This document shows positions 12,629-24,900 of a stretch of 64,000 nt of DNA, piece by piece. The stretch spans positions 1,428,165-1,492,164 of the forward strand of contig NW_003314263.1 of NCBI RefSeq assembly GCF_000143415.4, in the 5' to 3' direction. Position 1 is the first letter of the stretch, and every line of letters starts with the position of its first letter. The position numbers and the translations under genes are program-made. The stretch comes from Selaginella moellendorffii. Taxonomy: Eukaryota; Plantae; Lycopodiophyta. The notes under the pieces are model-generated. The model saw only the letters and a program-made list of their open reading frames with translations. It was not told where the DNA came from and ran no database searches.

Positions 12629-13781
12629 TGTAGCGCACGTGGTTTTGACCTTTATCCTATGGTGATTTACCATAGGATAACACCACGAAGCGGAACCTAA
12701 ACCCTCTTTGTGCCACGTGACAGATGCCACGTGTCACATGCTACGTGTCCATGCCACGTGTCCATAGGAACTCGAGGTTCAGGGCCTTGGGCCACTGAAC
12801 GAATGAACGGTGCCAAACTCCTAAGCGTGGAGCCAAGGAGTGATGGAACCGAACCACGGAGCAACTCTCGAGCATACAGCCCAAGGAGTGAAAGGACAGG
12901 GGCCCGGAGCGACTTGGAACAGTCCTGGAGCAACCAGCATCCCAATGCCAGGACCAGCACGCAAAACGGAGCCAAACGGAGTTTGGCGCTATTTCAGCAT
13001 ACCGGTGGCCTAACGTGAGGATATGGGTACTCCACCAGCTAGCATGGAATGGAACTTGGGCTTAGACCCAAGCCGGACGCAGAACAAGGACAGGCACGCA
13101 AGCGGGAGCTAGACTATGCCTCAGGTTGGTCAGCCATGCCCGACCTACCCACTATCCCTACTATACATTTGGAACCCCCCACAGCCCCCCCTCCCCCCCT
13201 TGAGGAACACACGCTTTGGGCTTTCATCCCAAGCCTCCTTTAGTATTAGGAGTTAGTCTCTAGGACAAGCTTGAAACTTACTAAATATGGAATGTCCTTA
13301 GAATGTGAATTTGGACACGGGACGAACACCATTGTGTTCAGGCTGATTTCTACATTCCGTAGATATGCCAAAGGAGCAAATCTAGACACTTTCCATAAAT
13401 AACATTTGGGACCGAAATGAGACTAACACAAAGGGCATGATAGCGAGGGTGTTTGGCAGACACGGTAAGCTATCATCTAGCGATATTGAGGGACCAAGCT
13501 CAATATCGCGGGGGTTCCCAACACTAGCAAGTGCAAGTCAATATCATGAGTTTCTCATCACCGTGTCAAGTCTGCTTGACTAAATGACAACTTAGGATTT
13601 CCTTCCTTAGTGCCCTTCCGGTCTAAGTGCACATGTGATGACCAGTTTCTCAACTAACTTAGGCAGAGACTGATAACAAGCCCAGCAATACCGACCTCCT
13701 GCCATCGTGGCAGTAAGGAAAGAGTGTCCGTAAGGACTGGTTGACAGGTAACTTTCAATACCCGAAGTCACATTCGCGACA
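12629..13781 (-). repeat. 5' LTR, family A
   Basis: Direct repeat of 6498-7651, with the PBS adjacent. Confidence 0.95.
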
Positions 13782-15109
13782 AGAAAGCACTATTAAAACT
13801 TGCTAGTTACAAGGAGATCATCTAGCAATAACAACAAATGCAGGACAATCTTATGGAGGAGTTGGAGGCAAGTTGTTTGTAGGTAATAGAGTATAGGAGC
13901 TTTTGTCCTTGTCAACATTGCTCTCATTGTGATGTCACCACACATGACATAAGTTGCATCCCAAGCTCCATCCTCCATACATAGTATGTCCAGGAATGGC
14001 CATTTGCTGACAGTACCAGCATCCCTAAACAAGACAGGTACCAGCAACAACTAACACACATTCATTGTTAAGTAAAAGGAAAAGCATTAAGGATCAACAT
14101 AATTTTTGTTGCTAAGCAAGATTTTGGAGGAGAAGAACCTACACTAATGCCTCAACTTGTAGTCAAACAAAGGTTACTATTCCCTTTGGCATTTACAGTG
14201 CAAAGCAAATCCTCCACCATGTCTTCTCCTCTAGCATTCACATACACCACATTTTGCTGGCATTTCATCCTATGGTGTTCAACCATCTTTAGCTATGCTA
14301 GTGTTTGTTTTATAGCAACTAGTGATAGCTCTAGTTACCATCACTCTTCTACCAGCTTTTGACAAAGTGTTCTAGTTTTGCATGGCAATTGGAGCATTTA
14401 GCCATTTCTAGGCCTGACACCCCTTCTAAACACCTTTCTAAACACACCAGTCCAAATCATGAAAGCATATACACTCTTAGATCCATGAGCTTTCACCATC
14501 CCGATTACCCTTGTAAGTTCCAAACTGGTGGAGGCATTGACAGATAGTGGGTTTGGGCCAAGTATCATCTCATCAAAGATGGCTGCAAATGTTTGGGAGC
14601 ACAGCTGTGGTCCTCGATCTTACCAATGGGCATTTTTCATAGCATTCTCATCTTGGCTAAAGGCATTTTAGTTGATATGGATTTTTTGGTGGTAGACTTT
14701 GAAACAACTTGTAGAGAAGAAGTTTAGGACTTGCTCATCCTAAAAGCTCATTGCCACACCAACTGGGAACACAAACAGCTCTAGAATGATCTTGTGCTAC
14801 TTGAAAGATACATTGATTGGTTAAACTGGTTACTAGATTTTGTACTAATAAGGCATTTACCCCAGGTTATATCTCTCACACAAAACTCACTAATGTCAAC
14901 CATAAGTTATGTTCTTAGAGTTCACTATAAAAATTATTAATACAGTTGTATCACAACACAACAACAAAAACATAGTTATAGGCATATATTATTTATACAA
15001 TGCTGTTATACATCTATATTTTTCTATAAATAATATTTATTTTAATAAATATATGATTTTTAAAATTTAAGTAATATGAATTGTTCCTTGACAAATAATT
15101 ATCCATTTA

Positions 15110-16590
15110 CTAGCACTTGCCCAGCATATATTGTCCTATTACAAAATAAAGAATTTGTTTTAGCACTACAAACAATGCATGGAGGATTTAATATAAAACC
15201 TTTTTATATACTGTGTTGATGGTGAAAGTAGAAGGACTTAAAGGGAATAATTATCCTTGGAGTGATGTGTTTTCTACTTTAATGCCCAGTCCTATTGGAG
15301 ATGTGCATCTTGATAAAGCCACATAAAGTTGACTATGGGTGAAAACTGAATGTGGCAAGTGTAATCCAACTTAGTAAAATGTTTGGCCTTGATATTTAGA
15401 GATTGTAAAACAATACCTTAAATGCATTGGAAATTGTCTTCTAGATATTTTAAATGTAATTTTTGTGTCTGAAGTTGTGAGTGTGATTCGAGGGATGAAA
15501 ACTCCTGTACCTTTAAATTAGCCTAATATAATTTCATAGTCTAGAACTGTTGGTAAGGCATGTTTAAGTATGAAGCATACAGCATTATATAGTTCAGTTG
15601 ATGGACATATATCCCTTAATAGAATAAGGATAATACATTCTTTAAGTAGGAGTTTATGTGGTGGAAGACTAGAAGGAGTAATGGAATTTAGGAATTCAAT
15701 TGGAAAATCTTTTGGGTGTTCATCAACAAAGTCAACACTTTCATAAATATGTATGTCACTAGGTAAGGAAAAGACTATAGCATTATTAATGGGAAAAGTA
15801 TCATCATTAAGTGGGGTAAGTATGACTTTATTAGATGTAATGTAGGAGTCTGAAATATTCTGTAAAGATGGAAAAACAAAATTAACAATATAGGATATAA
15901 TTACTTGTGTGTAAAGTAATATAATAAATTCTAAAGGCAAATTGGTAAATTTATGTAATTATTACCAATTCCAATTTGAAGAAGCCAATCAGCCTATAAA
16001 GAGTTGTTTTCAATTAGTCTTATATTCCTTTTTAGTAGAAGTGTTCTAAAAAATTTCTATAACCTATTCATTTTTACTAAATTTGAAATAATTTGTGCTT
16101 GATGACTATGTGGAATAATTAGTAATGTTTATCTAAAGTCACCACTTGTAATAATAATTATTCCTCTAAAAGGTAATTCATTTTTAAAATATTTTTTAAT
16201 GCTAAATTAATAGTAGAAAATGCATGTGTGTGAACTATATTAATTTTATCCCATATTAATACATCTGCATTTTTTATTTTTTGGCCTGCTTCACTATTAT
16301 ATATAATAGTAGAAGTAGAAGTTTCATTTATTGGAACATAAAGTTTAAAAGTCATATATGATGTCTAACTATTAAGCAGTAAAATGCTTGTAATACCTGT
16401 CTAAGCCATATTAATTATATTTTTGTTTAGAAGTTAAAATGTATGTATAAGAGTGTTAAGAAGAAAAGTTTTACTAGTACCACTAGAACCATCAATGAAA
16501 ATATATTGATTTTACTTGGTTGAGTTGTTAATTGTGTTGAGGATATTATTATATATAATTTATTGTTCATCATTAAACTGAAGTAAAATT
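15110..16590 (-). mobile_element. Helitron remnant (decayed PIF1 helicase and CTAG 3' end)
   Basis: Broken motifs FIDGSSGTSKTF, VLIWD, SGDFR, VILTPLN, LNSITPSSLPPHKLLLK, KSQGQTF and HSQLYVALSR. Ends in CTAG at 15110-15113 after a degenerate palindrome. Confidence 0.85.
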
Positions 16591-16699
16591 TTTTCTACAG
16601 TGCCAGTACCTACTAAAATAGCAAAAGGATTTTGAAAATGGTTGTTTGAAATCTTCTTACACACAAGTTATGAAGCATTATATTGGAATAGGCTAAGTA

Positions 16700-19600
16700 C
16701 CTAAAGCACTAAACTGTATAGCCTCCTTCTGGTGCTCCTTCAACAACTCCTGGCTTTGTAGCAGCTGGATTGTCTGGTGCTGGGTGGAGATGTGGAACAT
16801 CGTCCAAAATCTCAAAAAGATCCACTAGAGATGGTGGAGAAACAGGAGGGAGTCTCAGGGTATCTCGATAAAGATGAGTTTCATCAAACACCATATCTTG
16901 GCTCACCACCAATTTCCTGTGATGGCAGTTATAGTGTGAATGAAGATCTATAAATTCTAGACAGTATGCTATGACAAACCCCTCAAGAATGTATTCTAAA
17001 AAGAACCAAGTCTTTCTTTTATATGCAATAAGCTTACATAAACGGTTATTTTTTTTTCCTTTCAAACGGTTATATGGCTTTACATAGAATCTTATTTCAA
17101 ATTTAATAATTTTTTAATTCTGACAAACCTGATATTTACTAGCCAGAAAACATAGAGTACAAAATTAAAGAAGTGACAAGAATACTCTTTTTGCAAACAT
17201 TTTATTTTACTAACAAATGTCCCTATCATTGCATGTAGTAAATGTTTAAATTATTAGAACAAAAAGTGTTCTTTAGAACATTTTTATTTATATAATAAAT
17301 TAGGTTTGCGATAACCTTAAAATTTTAAAATTTATAATGTTTATACTAAATTACAATTGAAAATTGAGCTCAACTCTTCAACTAGTGAGCTCAAGTATGG
17401 TCTATGTCCTAGAGTTGATAGGCTTTTACCTGGGTATGATAGCCCATGAAGATGCATTTCTCGCTTTTGGGATCCAGCTTCCGCTGCTGAACATCGGGAA
17501 TGTGGGCGTAGGCTATGCAACCAAACACCCTTAGGTACACACAGCCAGTGGCATTTTCTGCCCAGCTTTTGTAGACCTGGAAGTGATGGTAGACCTCTCC
17601 CTTGTGTGCCATGAGAACAGCCACCGCATAGCGTGAGTAGTTGTCAATGAACGAAATGAAGTACCGCTTGTGACTAAGCACATGGTACACATCCATGTGT
17701 ACCAGCTAAAGAAATCCTGAGGCACCATCTTCTGGATTTCTGCATGGAAAGGGTAGTCATGGCTGCTTCCCCAGTTGACACGTCTCACATACTCCCAGTT
17801 GACCGGCATCGGTGAGGGTAAAATCATCAGAAAGCTTGTGGCTAACAAGTAGCTGAATGCCATGAGAATTAGCATGCCTTAGCCAAGCATGCCAGAGCTA
17901 GAGAGAGTTGGCAGCCCAGGAGCTGAGGCGAATTGCAAGAAAATGCCCCTGCTCGTGAGTTGAGAGGAGCAACTGAGCATTGAGCTTGTAGAGAGTCTTA
18001 GCTCGTCTACCAAAAGCTACTAGATGGCCAGTCTCATCAAAGATGGTGCACCCATCTACATTGAAGAGTGTTGAGAAGCCTTGATCTGCTGCTACACCAA
18101 TTGAGAACACTGTCTGTCCTGCTTCTGGTACGTAGTAGACCTGGTTCACGAGCTTCTCAACCCCACTCTCCAACTTTATGATGACTGTTCCTTGTCCTTC
18201 CACAGTTAAGGGGCGTTTGTCTCCTACAAAGACTTGCTTCTCCTGCTCCAGTGGCCGGTACTTGTGAAAGGCTCTCTTCAATGGTGTGAGGTGCATCGAG
18301 GCTCCAGAATCCAATCTAGAGCACTTCGGCTTCGGACATAATGGATGAAGATGCAGCGAGCGTCATCATCAACATCGTGGCATGAAGAAGAGCTTCTTTT
18401 AGCGCGAGCTTTCTCTGCGGCTTTCTTGATCTGGCATTCACGCTCCACATGGCCATCTTTGCCGCAGTAGTTACATGGGCCCTTGCGTTTTTTATTGGTT
18501 GCAAATCCAGGGCTGCAAAAAGGGCTCTTTTGTCCTCGAACAGGGCCATCTCATCTCTTCCCACCTGATTGCTTTCCCATGATCAAGGCCTGCTCCACCG
18601 AGCAGCCTGAGAGGGTGCCTTTTGTCTCTGCTTGTTCTGCTTGTGTTCTTCCTCTGTCGCGAATGTGACTTCGGGTATCAAAAGTTACCCATCAGCTAAT
18701 CCTTTCGGATATTCTTTCCTTACTGCCACGATGGCAAAAGGTCGGTATTGCTGGACCCGTTATCAATTTCCCACTTGAGCTAGTTGAGAAACTGGTCAAT
18801 GACCGTGTACTTAGATCGGATAAACATAAGGTAGGACCCTATGTGTTTCTTGCTGAGCATACTCGGCTTGGTTTGAGAAACTCCTGTCATTGGCTTGCAC
18901 TTGCTAGTATCAACCCGCGATATTGAGATTGGTCCCTCAATATCGCTAGATGATAGCTTACCGTGTCTGCCAAACACCCTCGCTATCATGCCCTTTGTGT
19001 TAGTCTCAATTTGTCCTAAATGCTATTTATGGAAAGTGTCCAGATTTGCTCATTTGCCATATCTATGGAATGTAGAGATCGTCTTGAACACAATGGTGTT
19101 CGTCCCGTGTCCAAATTCGCAATCTAAGGACATTCCATATTTAGTAAGTTTCGAGCTTGTCCCAGAGACTAACTCTTGATACTAAAGGAGGCTTGGGGTG
19201 AAAGCCCAAAGCGTGTGTTCCTCAAGGGGGGGGCTGTGGGGGGTTCCAAATGTATAGTAGGGATAGTGGGTAGGTCGGGCATGGCCAACCAACTTAAGGT
19301 ATAGTCTAGCTCCCGCTTGCGTGCCTATCCTTGTTCTGCGTCTGGCTTGGGTTTAAGCCCAAGTTCCATTCCATGCTAGTTGGTGGAGTACCCATATCCT
19401 CACGTTAGGCTACCGGTATGCTGAAATAGCGCCAGACTCCGTTTGGCTCCGTTTTGCATGCTGGTCCTGGCATTGGGATGCTGGTTGCTCCAGGACTGTT
19501 CTAAGTCACTCCAGGCTCCTGTCCCTTTGCTCTTTGGGCTGTATACTTAGGAGTTGCTCCGTGGTTCGGTTCTTCACTCCTTGGCTCTATGCTTGGGAGT

Positions 19601-20070
19601 TTGGCACTGTTCCTTCGTTCAGTGGCCCAAGGCCCTGAACCTCGGGTTCCACAAGACTGTCCTTTGGACATGTGGCATCTGTCACGTGGCACAAAGAGGG
19701 TTTAGGTTCCATTTCATGGTGTTATCCTATGGTAAATCACCGTAGGATAAAGGGTAAAAACCATGTGCACTACATCAGGTCCGAGTAGAGCGAGTCCAAG
19801 TCCTTTCCAAGCACAGCTAAGAGCATCAATGCGAAAGGTTGGAGATCAGGGGAGACAGAGCTCAGAAGGAATGCCTTAGCTTGATCAATGGTGATTGCTG
19901 CTTCCGCGTCCTTTAGCTCAGTGATCATTGCTTTAAACTTTCCAATGTAAGTGGCTATGGTGTCATCAGATTGCATTCTCATCATGAAGAACTTTTGTGT
20001 TAGCACCACCTTAGCATTGGCAGCTTTGGCAGCAAAGATTTGTGTAAGGGATATCCACAATGATGGGAAC
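16700..20070 (-). mobile_element. Ty1/Copia remnant (gag, zinc knuckle, protease, partial integrase), interrupted
   Basis: UBN2-like gag at 19770-20072, CNYCGKDGHVEREC knuckle, LDSGASMH protease, RYFISFIDNYSR, YLRVFGCIAYAHIP..RKLDPKS..CIFMGY and RKLVVSQDMVFDE. Stops, an integrase core deletion and an AT-rich insert at ~16940-17405. Confidence 0.88.
18655..19774 (+). mobile_element. Solo LTR of family A (diverged variant) inside Copia gag
   Basis: Reverse complement of the 6498/12629 LTRs, TGTCGCG...CACTACA. Flanks TCCTC and TCAGG do not form a TSD. Confidence 0.9.
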
Positions 20071-20972
20071 AAACATCACAAGTTGAAGTCGGCAGTGATT
20101 ACTTTGGATGCAAAGGGGTCCAAGAAGCAGAAGTTCTTTGTGAAGAATTATAAACAAAGTTGTCATCATTGCAGTAAACTTGAACACTACAAGGCTGATT
20201 GTCCACATCTGAAGACTAAGTAGCAGGGCAAGAAGAATGGCCAATCTTCTACTCATGGTAAGTTAGATACTAAAAAGTTGCAAACTTTGCAACATGAGGA
20301 TGAGGATGATGAGAATGACCATTCCAGTTAGAGGAAAAGACTTTTGATTATTGCTCGTCAACTCAACTGTGTGTGGAACAAGATGAAACTTGAGGATACT
20401 TGTGAATCAGCTTTTTGTAGCAATCTAGTGCAGATTTTACTGGATAGTGGGAGCAATGACAACTTTGTTTCAGCAAAGTTTGTTGTTGTCAGGAATCCCC
20501 CAATTCTTGCCACATTCCTGACTCTCGCCGGATTCCTGACCTACAGACCACATTCCTGACTCTCGAGACACTTCCCTATTCTTGACTCTCGAGACACTTT
20601 CCTATTCCTGACTCTCGAGAAACTTCCCGATTCCTGAGTCTCGAGCCACATTCCTGATGATGATGTGGCGCCTCCTCGACCTTAGCTATATTTAGGCCGT
20701 CCTCGATCCAAGAGTGGTGGAGCTTTATCAACCTATAGTATATATAGGTTAGCCTTGTTCCATTTCTCCACAATCTGAATCAACGCCAGTCTAAGGCCTC
20801 TTCTTTGTTTCCACTAGCTTTTCTCTTTGTCTTTTTGCATTTTCCAATCTTGATCTTGTTAGGGGTCTTGACAGTTTGATTCAGATTGTGTTTTTTCGTT
20901 TTTTGATTTAGCTCGTTTTGATTGTTTGATTACCTTTGCCTTTTTTTCCCCCTTTTTCCTTTCTTCTTGCCA

Positions 20973-21944
20973 ATGGAGTCTCCAAGCCATCCTGATTTCT
21001 TTGCTGAAGTCCTTGCAAAAATCCAGTCTGAGAATACCGAGCTGAAAGCGACCCTTCTTCGCATGCAGCAGGAGCTTGCTTCACTTTCGGCTCAAGGATC
21101 CAGCAAAGTTCCTGAACCGAAGGTGAGCTTCCCGGCAAAATTTTCAGGCAAGCGTTCGGAGCTTCACGGATTCCTGAACCAGATGGAGTTGTTCTTCGCA
21201 CTTCAACATCGGCAGTACCCTACTCCCGAGTCTCAAATCGGCGCGATTGAGACGTTGCTCGAAGGTGCAGCTTTGTCATGGTTTTCTCCTCTTCTGGAGA
21301 AGAGCATGAAAGGGGTCGTGGTTCCAGAGCTGATGGATCTTCAATTGTTCAAAGAGAAGCTCGAAGCATGTTTTGGCGAGACGGATCGGGTTTGGGCTGC
21401 TACCACAAAGATGAGACGTCTCTCTCAGGGGTCTCGTCTTGCCTCGATCTACGCTGTAGAGTTCCAACTCCTTGCTTTGGACACTCTGTGGGATGAGCGG
21501 GCCCTGATTGACCAATTTCGTTTCGGCCTCAACAACGGTGTCAAGGATTTGTTGCTCACCATGGAGGATCCCAAGGACCTGTCAGATGCCATCAACAAAG
21601 CTGTTCGATGTGACAATTGTCTCTTTGAACGTCGTCAGGAAAGTCGCCGCGCCGCTGTTTTTCCGTCCCAGACTCAAGAATCCCAGCTTGAGTCTTCGGG
21701 GCATACTCCTGAACCTACTGCTCCGGTTCCAATGGATATTTCTGGTACTCCCCAACTCATTAGAGGGAAGTTGAGTCCTGCTGAGAAGCAACGTCGAATA
21801 TCTCATAATCTTTGCCTCTATTGTGCTGATCCTAATCACAAAGCAGCTGTATGTCCCAAGAAGCCTCCTCGACTGCTCGAGTTCACTCTGCCTCAAAGTC
21901 CACCTCTATTGCAGTCGGGAAACGACCCTGTCCAAACAGAGTAG
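20973..21944 (+). CDS. gag: Gag (retrotransposon capsid and CCHC knuckle), intact
   Basis: PAKFSGKR..LLEGAALSWF..LSQGSR...FRFGLNNGVKD..PVPMDIS...LCLYCADPNHKAAVC. Confidence 0.92.
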   Translation: MESPSHPDFFAEVLAKIQSENTELKATLLRMQQELASLSAQGSSKVPEPKVSFPAKFSGKRSELHGFLNQMELFFALQHRQYPTPESQIGAIETLLEGAALSWFSPLLEKSMKGVVVPELMDLQLFKEKLEACFGETDRVWAATTKMRRLSQGSRLASIYAVEFQLLALDTLWDERALIDQFRFGLNNGVKDLLLTMEDPKDLSDAINKAVRCDNCLFERRQESRRAAVFPSQTQESQLESSGHTPEPTAPVPMDISGTPQLIRGKLSPAEKQRRISHNLCLYCADPNHKAAVCPKKPPRLLEFTLPQSPPLLQSGNDPVQTE

Positions 21945-24900
21945 GAGCTGTCTGTTTGGACTCCCCAAATAAAAATCACTTTTCTTCTTTATCAAGCTCC
22001 TCACCACCTTTCATCAAAGCCACCACCAATTCCCACAACTTTCGCGTCCCATGTCTCCTTTCTTTCACCGGACAATCAGGACTCAAGGCTCTGGCATTAC
22101 TGGACTCGGGTGCAACTTCCTGCTTCATGGACACGGACTTTGCTGCCTGACATCACGTTCCTCTTTCTCCTACCATACGGGATTTGAGGGTTGAAGGCAT
22201 CGGCGGGCATTTTGTGTCTCCATCTTCTGGACTTAGGGAAACGTTGCCCGTTCGAGTACACATCGGGTCCACCATCACCGATATCGCCTTCAACATCATC
22301 AACAGCAAGTCCTCCTCTGTGGTGCTTGGTCTTCCTTGGTTCCAACTACATCAGCCTCAGATCTGTTTGAAGGGATTACAGCTCATCTCTCCCACGGCTT
22401 CCCCTACTGTTCATCGAGTCCGAATCAGGAAAAGTTCCCTAAACTCAAATCGGGGTTTTATTCCTGACTCTATAAAGTTTTCACCCTCTTCTTTTTCCTC
22501 TCTTCCATCTTACACTGGACCTTATCCTCGTCTCATCATTCCATTTAGTCGTATGCCTCCTCCTATCTCCACAATCACTATGAAAGAACTCCTTCATGAA
22601 GAACCTCTTTTTCTTTTTGCTTTGCATGTTTCTTCTGTCAGTCTTCCTGAGAAGTATCATGATTTTGGGGATGTGTTTGACAAGAAAAAAGCTAGTGTAC
22701 TGCCTATTCATCGGCCTTATGATTGTCCCATTGATTTATAGGAAGGAGCGTCACCTCCGTGGGGGCCTATCTATGGGTTATCCCCGTCCGAGCTTAAGGG
22801 CATCAAAGAGTATGTGGATGAGAACCTTGCCTCGGGCTACATTCAGCATTCGTAGTCCCCGGCTGGAGTGCCTGTCTTCTTTGTCAAGAAGAAGGATGGG
22901 AGCTTGCGGCTAGTCATCGACTACCAAGGTTTGAACAAGGTGACTGTTCGGAACCGTTATCCGCTGCCCCTGATCTCGGACCTGTTGGAACGCCTCGGCG
23001 GTGCCCGCTTCTTCACCAAGATCGACCTCCGTGGAGCATACAACCTGATCCGGATCCGGCCTGGTGATGAATGGAAGACTGCATTCCGAACCCGCTATGG
23101 CCACTTCGAGTACACTGTCATGCCATTTGGCTTGACAAATGCTCCAACAGTTTTCCAACACATGGCGAATGACGTCTTTTGGGAGTTTCTTGATCAGATG
23201 GTGATCGTCTATCTCGATGACATCCTCATCTACTCAAAAACTCAGGAGGAGCATGACGAACATGTTCGCAAGGTGTTAGCAAAGCTGCGAGAACACGGCC
23301 TATACGCGAAGCTTGAGAAATGTTCCTTTGATCAGCAGTCTGTGGAGTTCCTTGGGTACATTGTCACTCCTGAGGGTATCACGATGGATCCTGCCAAAGT
23401 CAAGACTATTCTCGAATGGGAGCCTCCACAATCAATGTCGGACGTTCAGGTTTTCCTTGGCTTCGCCAACTTCTACCGCAAATTCATTGATCACTACTCT
23501 GACATTGTCCTTCCTCTCACACATATCACTCGCAAGGATGTTCCCTTCTCTTGGTCTGCTGCTGCCTAGCAGGCCTTCGACACACTCAAGGCGGCCTTCA
23601 GTTCTGCTCCTGTCTTGATCCATGCTGATTCCTCACAACCTTTCTTCATCGAGGCTGACGCCTCCGACTTTGCCATTGGTGCTGTGCTGTCTCAACTTGG
23701 AGCGGATCACGAACTTCATCCAGTCGCTTTCCATTCTCGGAAATTCCAGCCTGCGGAGATCAATTATGAAATCCACGACAAGGAGCTCCTTGCCATCGTG
23801 GATTCCTTTGGAGAGTGGCACCGTTTCTTGGAGGGGGCAAGCCATCAAACAACAGTCTGGACGGATCACAAAAATCTCGAGTACTTTGCCACTTCCCGAG
23901 TTTTAAGCCGTCGTCAAGCAAGGTGGGCACAATTCCTGAGTCAGTTTGACTTTGTTATCAAGTACAGACCTGGAAAGTTTCAAGGCCTTCCTGATGCTCT
24001 TTCAAGGTGCTCCTATCTCAGTCTCAGGCCTGGTAATCCTGCCTTCGATCAACAGGATCAAGTTATCCTCGGTCCTGATCGGCTTCAAGTTATGGCAATT
24101 TCCCTGGCCCCTCAAGACTCCTCCTTGATGGATGCAATCAGAAACGATCTTCAATCCGATGATCTCGCTAGCGACATTTTCCCCCATCTTCAAGCTGGAC
24201 ACCCAGTGACTCCCGACTGCCGGCGATTTGACGAGTTCGAGTTCTTAGATGGCTTATTGTACCGTGGGGAGCAGCTTTACGTTTCTAAAGGTGATGCTCG
24301 AAGGTTGGTCCTGATAGCGTGCCACGATAGCCCGACTGCTGGTCACTTCGGCATTGCGAAAACCTATGAGCTAGTTGCACGGGACTTTTGGTGGCCTCAC
24401 ATGGACGACTACATCAAAGCTTTTGTTACCTCCTGTGACACTTGTGCCCGGAATAAGGTACCTCGCCACCTTCCTTCAGGTTTGCTTCGTTCCCTTCCGG
24501 TCCCTTCAGGTCCTTGGGAATCCATCTCCATGGATTTCTTGAGTGATCTTCCGAGTTCTGGAGGTTTCAACAGCATTTTAGTCGTGGTGGATCGCTTCAC
24601 AAAGATGGCGCACTTCTTGCCATGTACCAAGGAGTTTTCGGGCGAGAACATGGCAAAACTGGTATTCAGGGAAATTTTCCGACTTCATGGAATTCCTACA
24701 GATGTGGTTTCGGATCGGGGGCCTCAGTTCATCTCTCATTTCTGGCAACAGTTTTTGCAGCTGCTTGGAGTGAAGGCCAACCTCTCTTCGGCATATCATC
24801 CTCAAACTGATGGGCAGTCCGAGCGAACGATTCAGACGTTGGAACAATTCTTGAGGTGCTTCATCAACTATCATCAGGATAACTGGTTCGATATCCTTCC

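Larger units (their letters stand above)
6498..13781 (-). mobile_element. Full-length non-autonomous (LARD-like) LTR retrotransposon, probably Gypsy-derived
   Basis: LTRs at 6498-7651 and 12629-13781 with TG...CA ends. TSD AGAAA at 6493-6497 and 13782-13786. tRNA-iMet PBS TGGTATCAGAG on the minus strand next to 12629. PPT AAGGGGGGGAGAG next to 7651. The ~5 kb interior has no ORF longer than ~70 aa. Confidence 0.93.

Noticed and set aside
20510-20660. Repeated ATTCCTGACTCTCGAG units resembling a CRISPR-like array
   Set aside because: Short tandem U3 repeats within both LTRs; no unique spacers, eukaryotic context.
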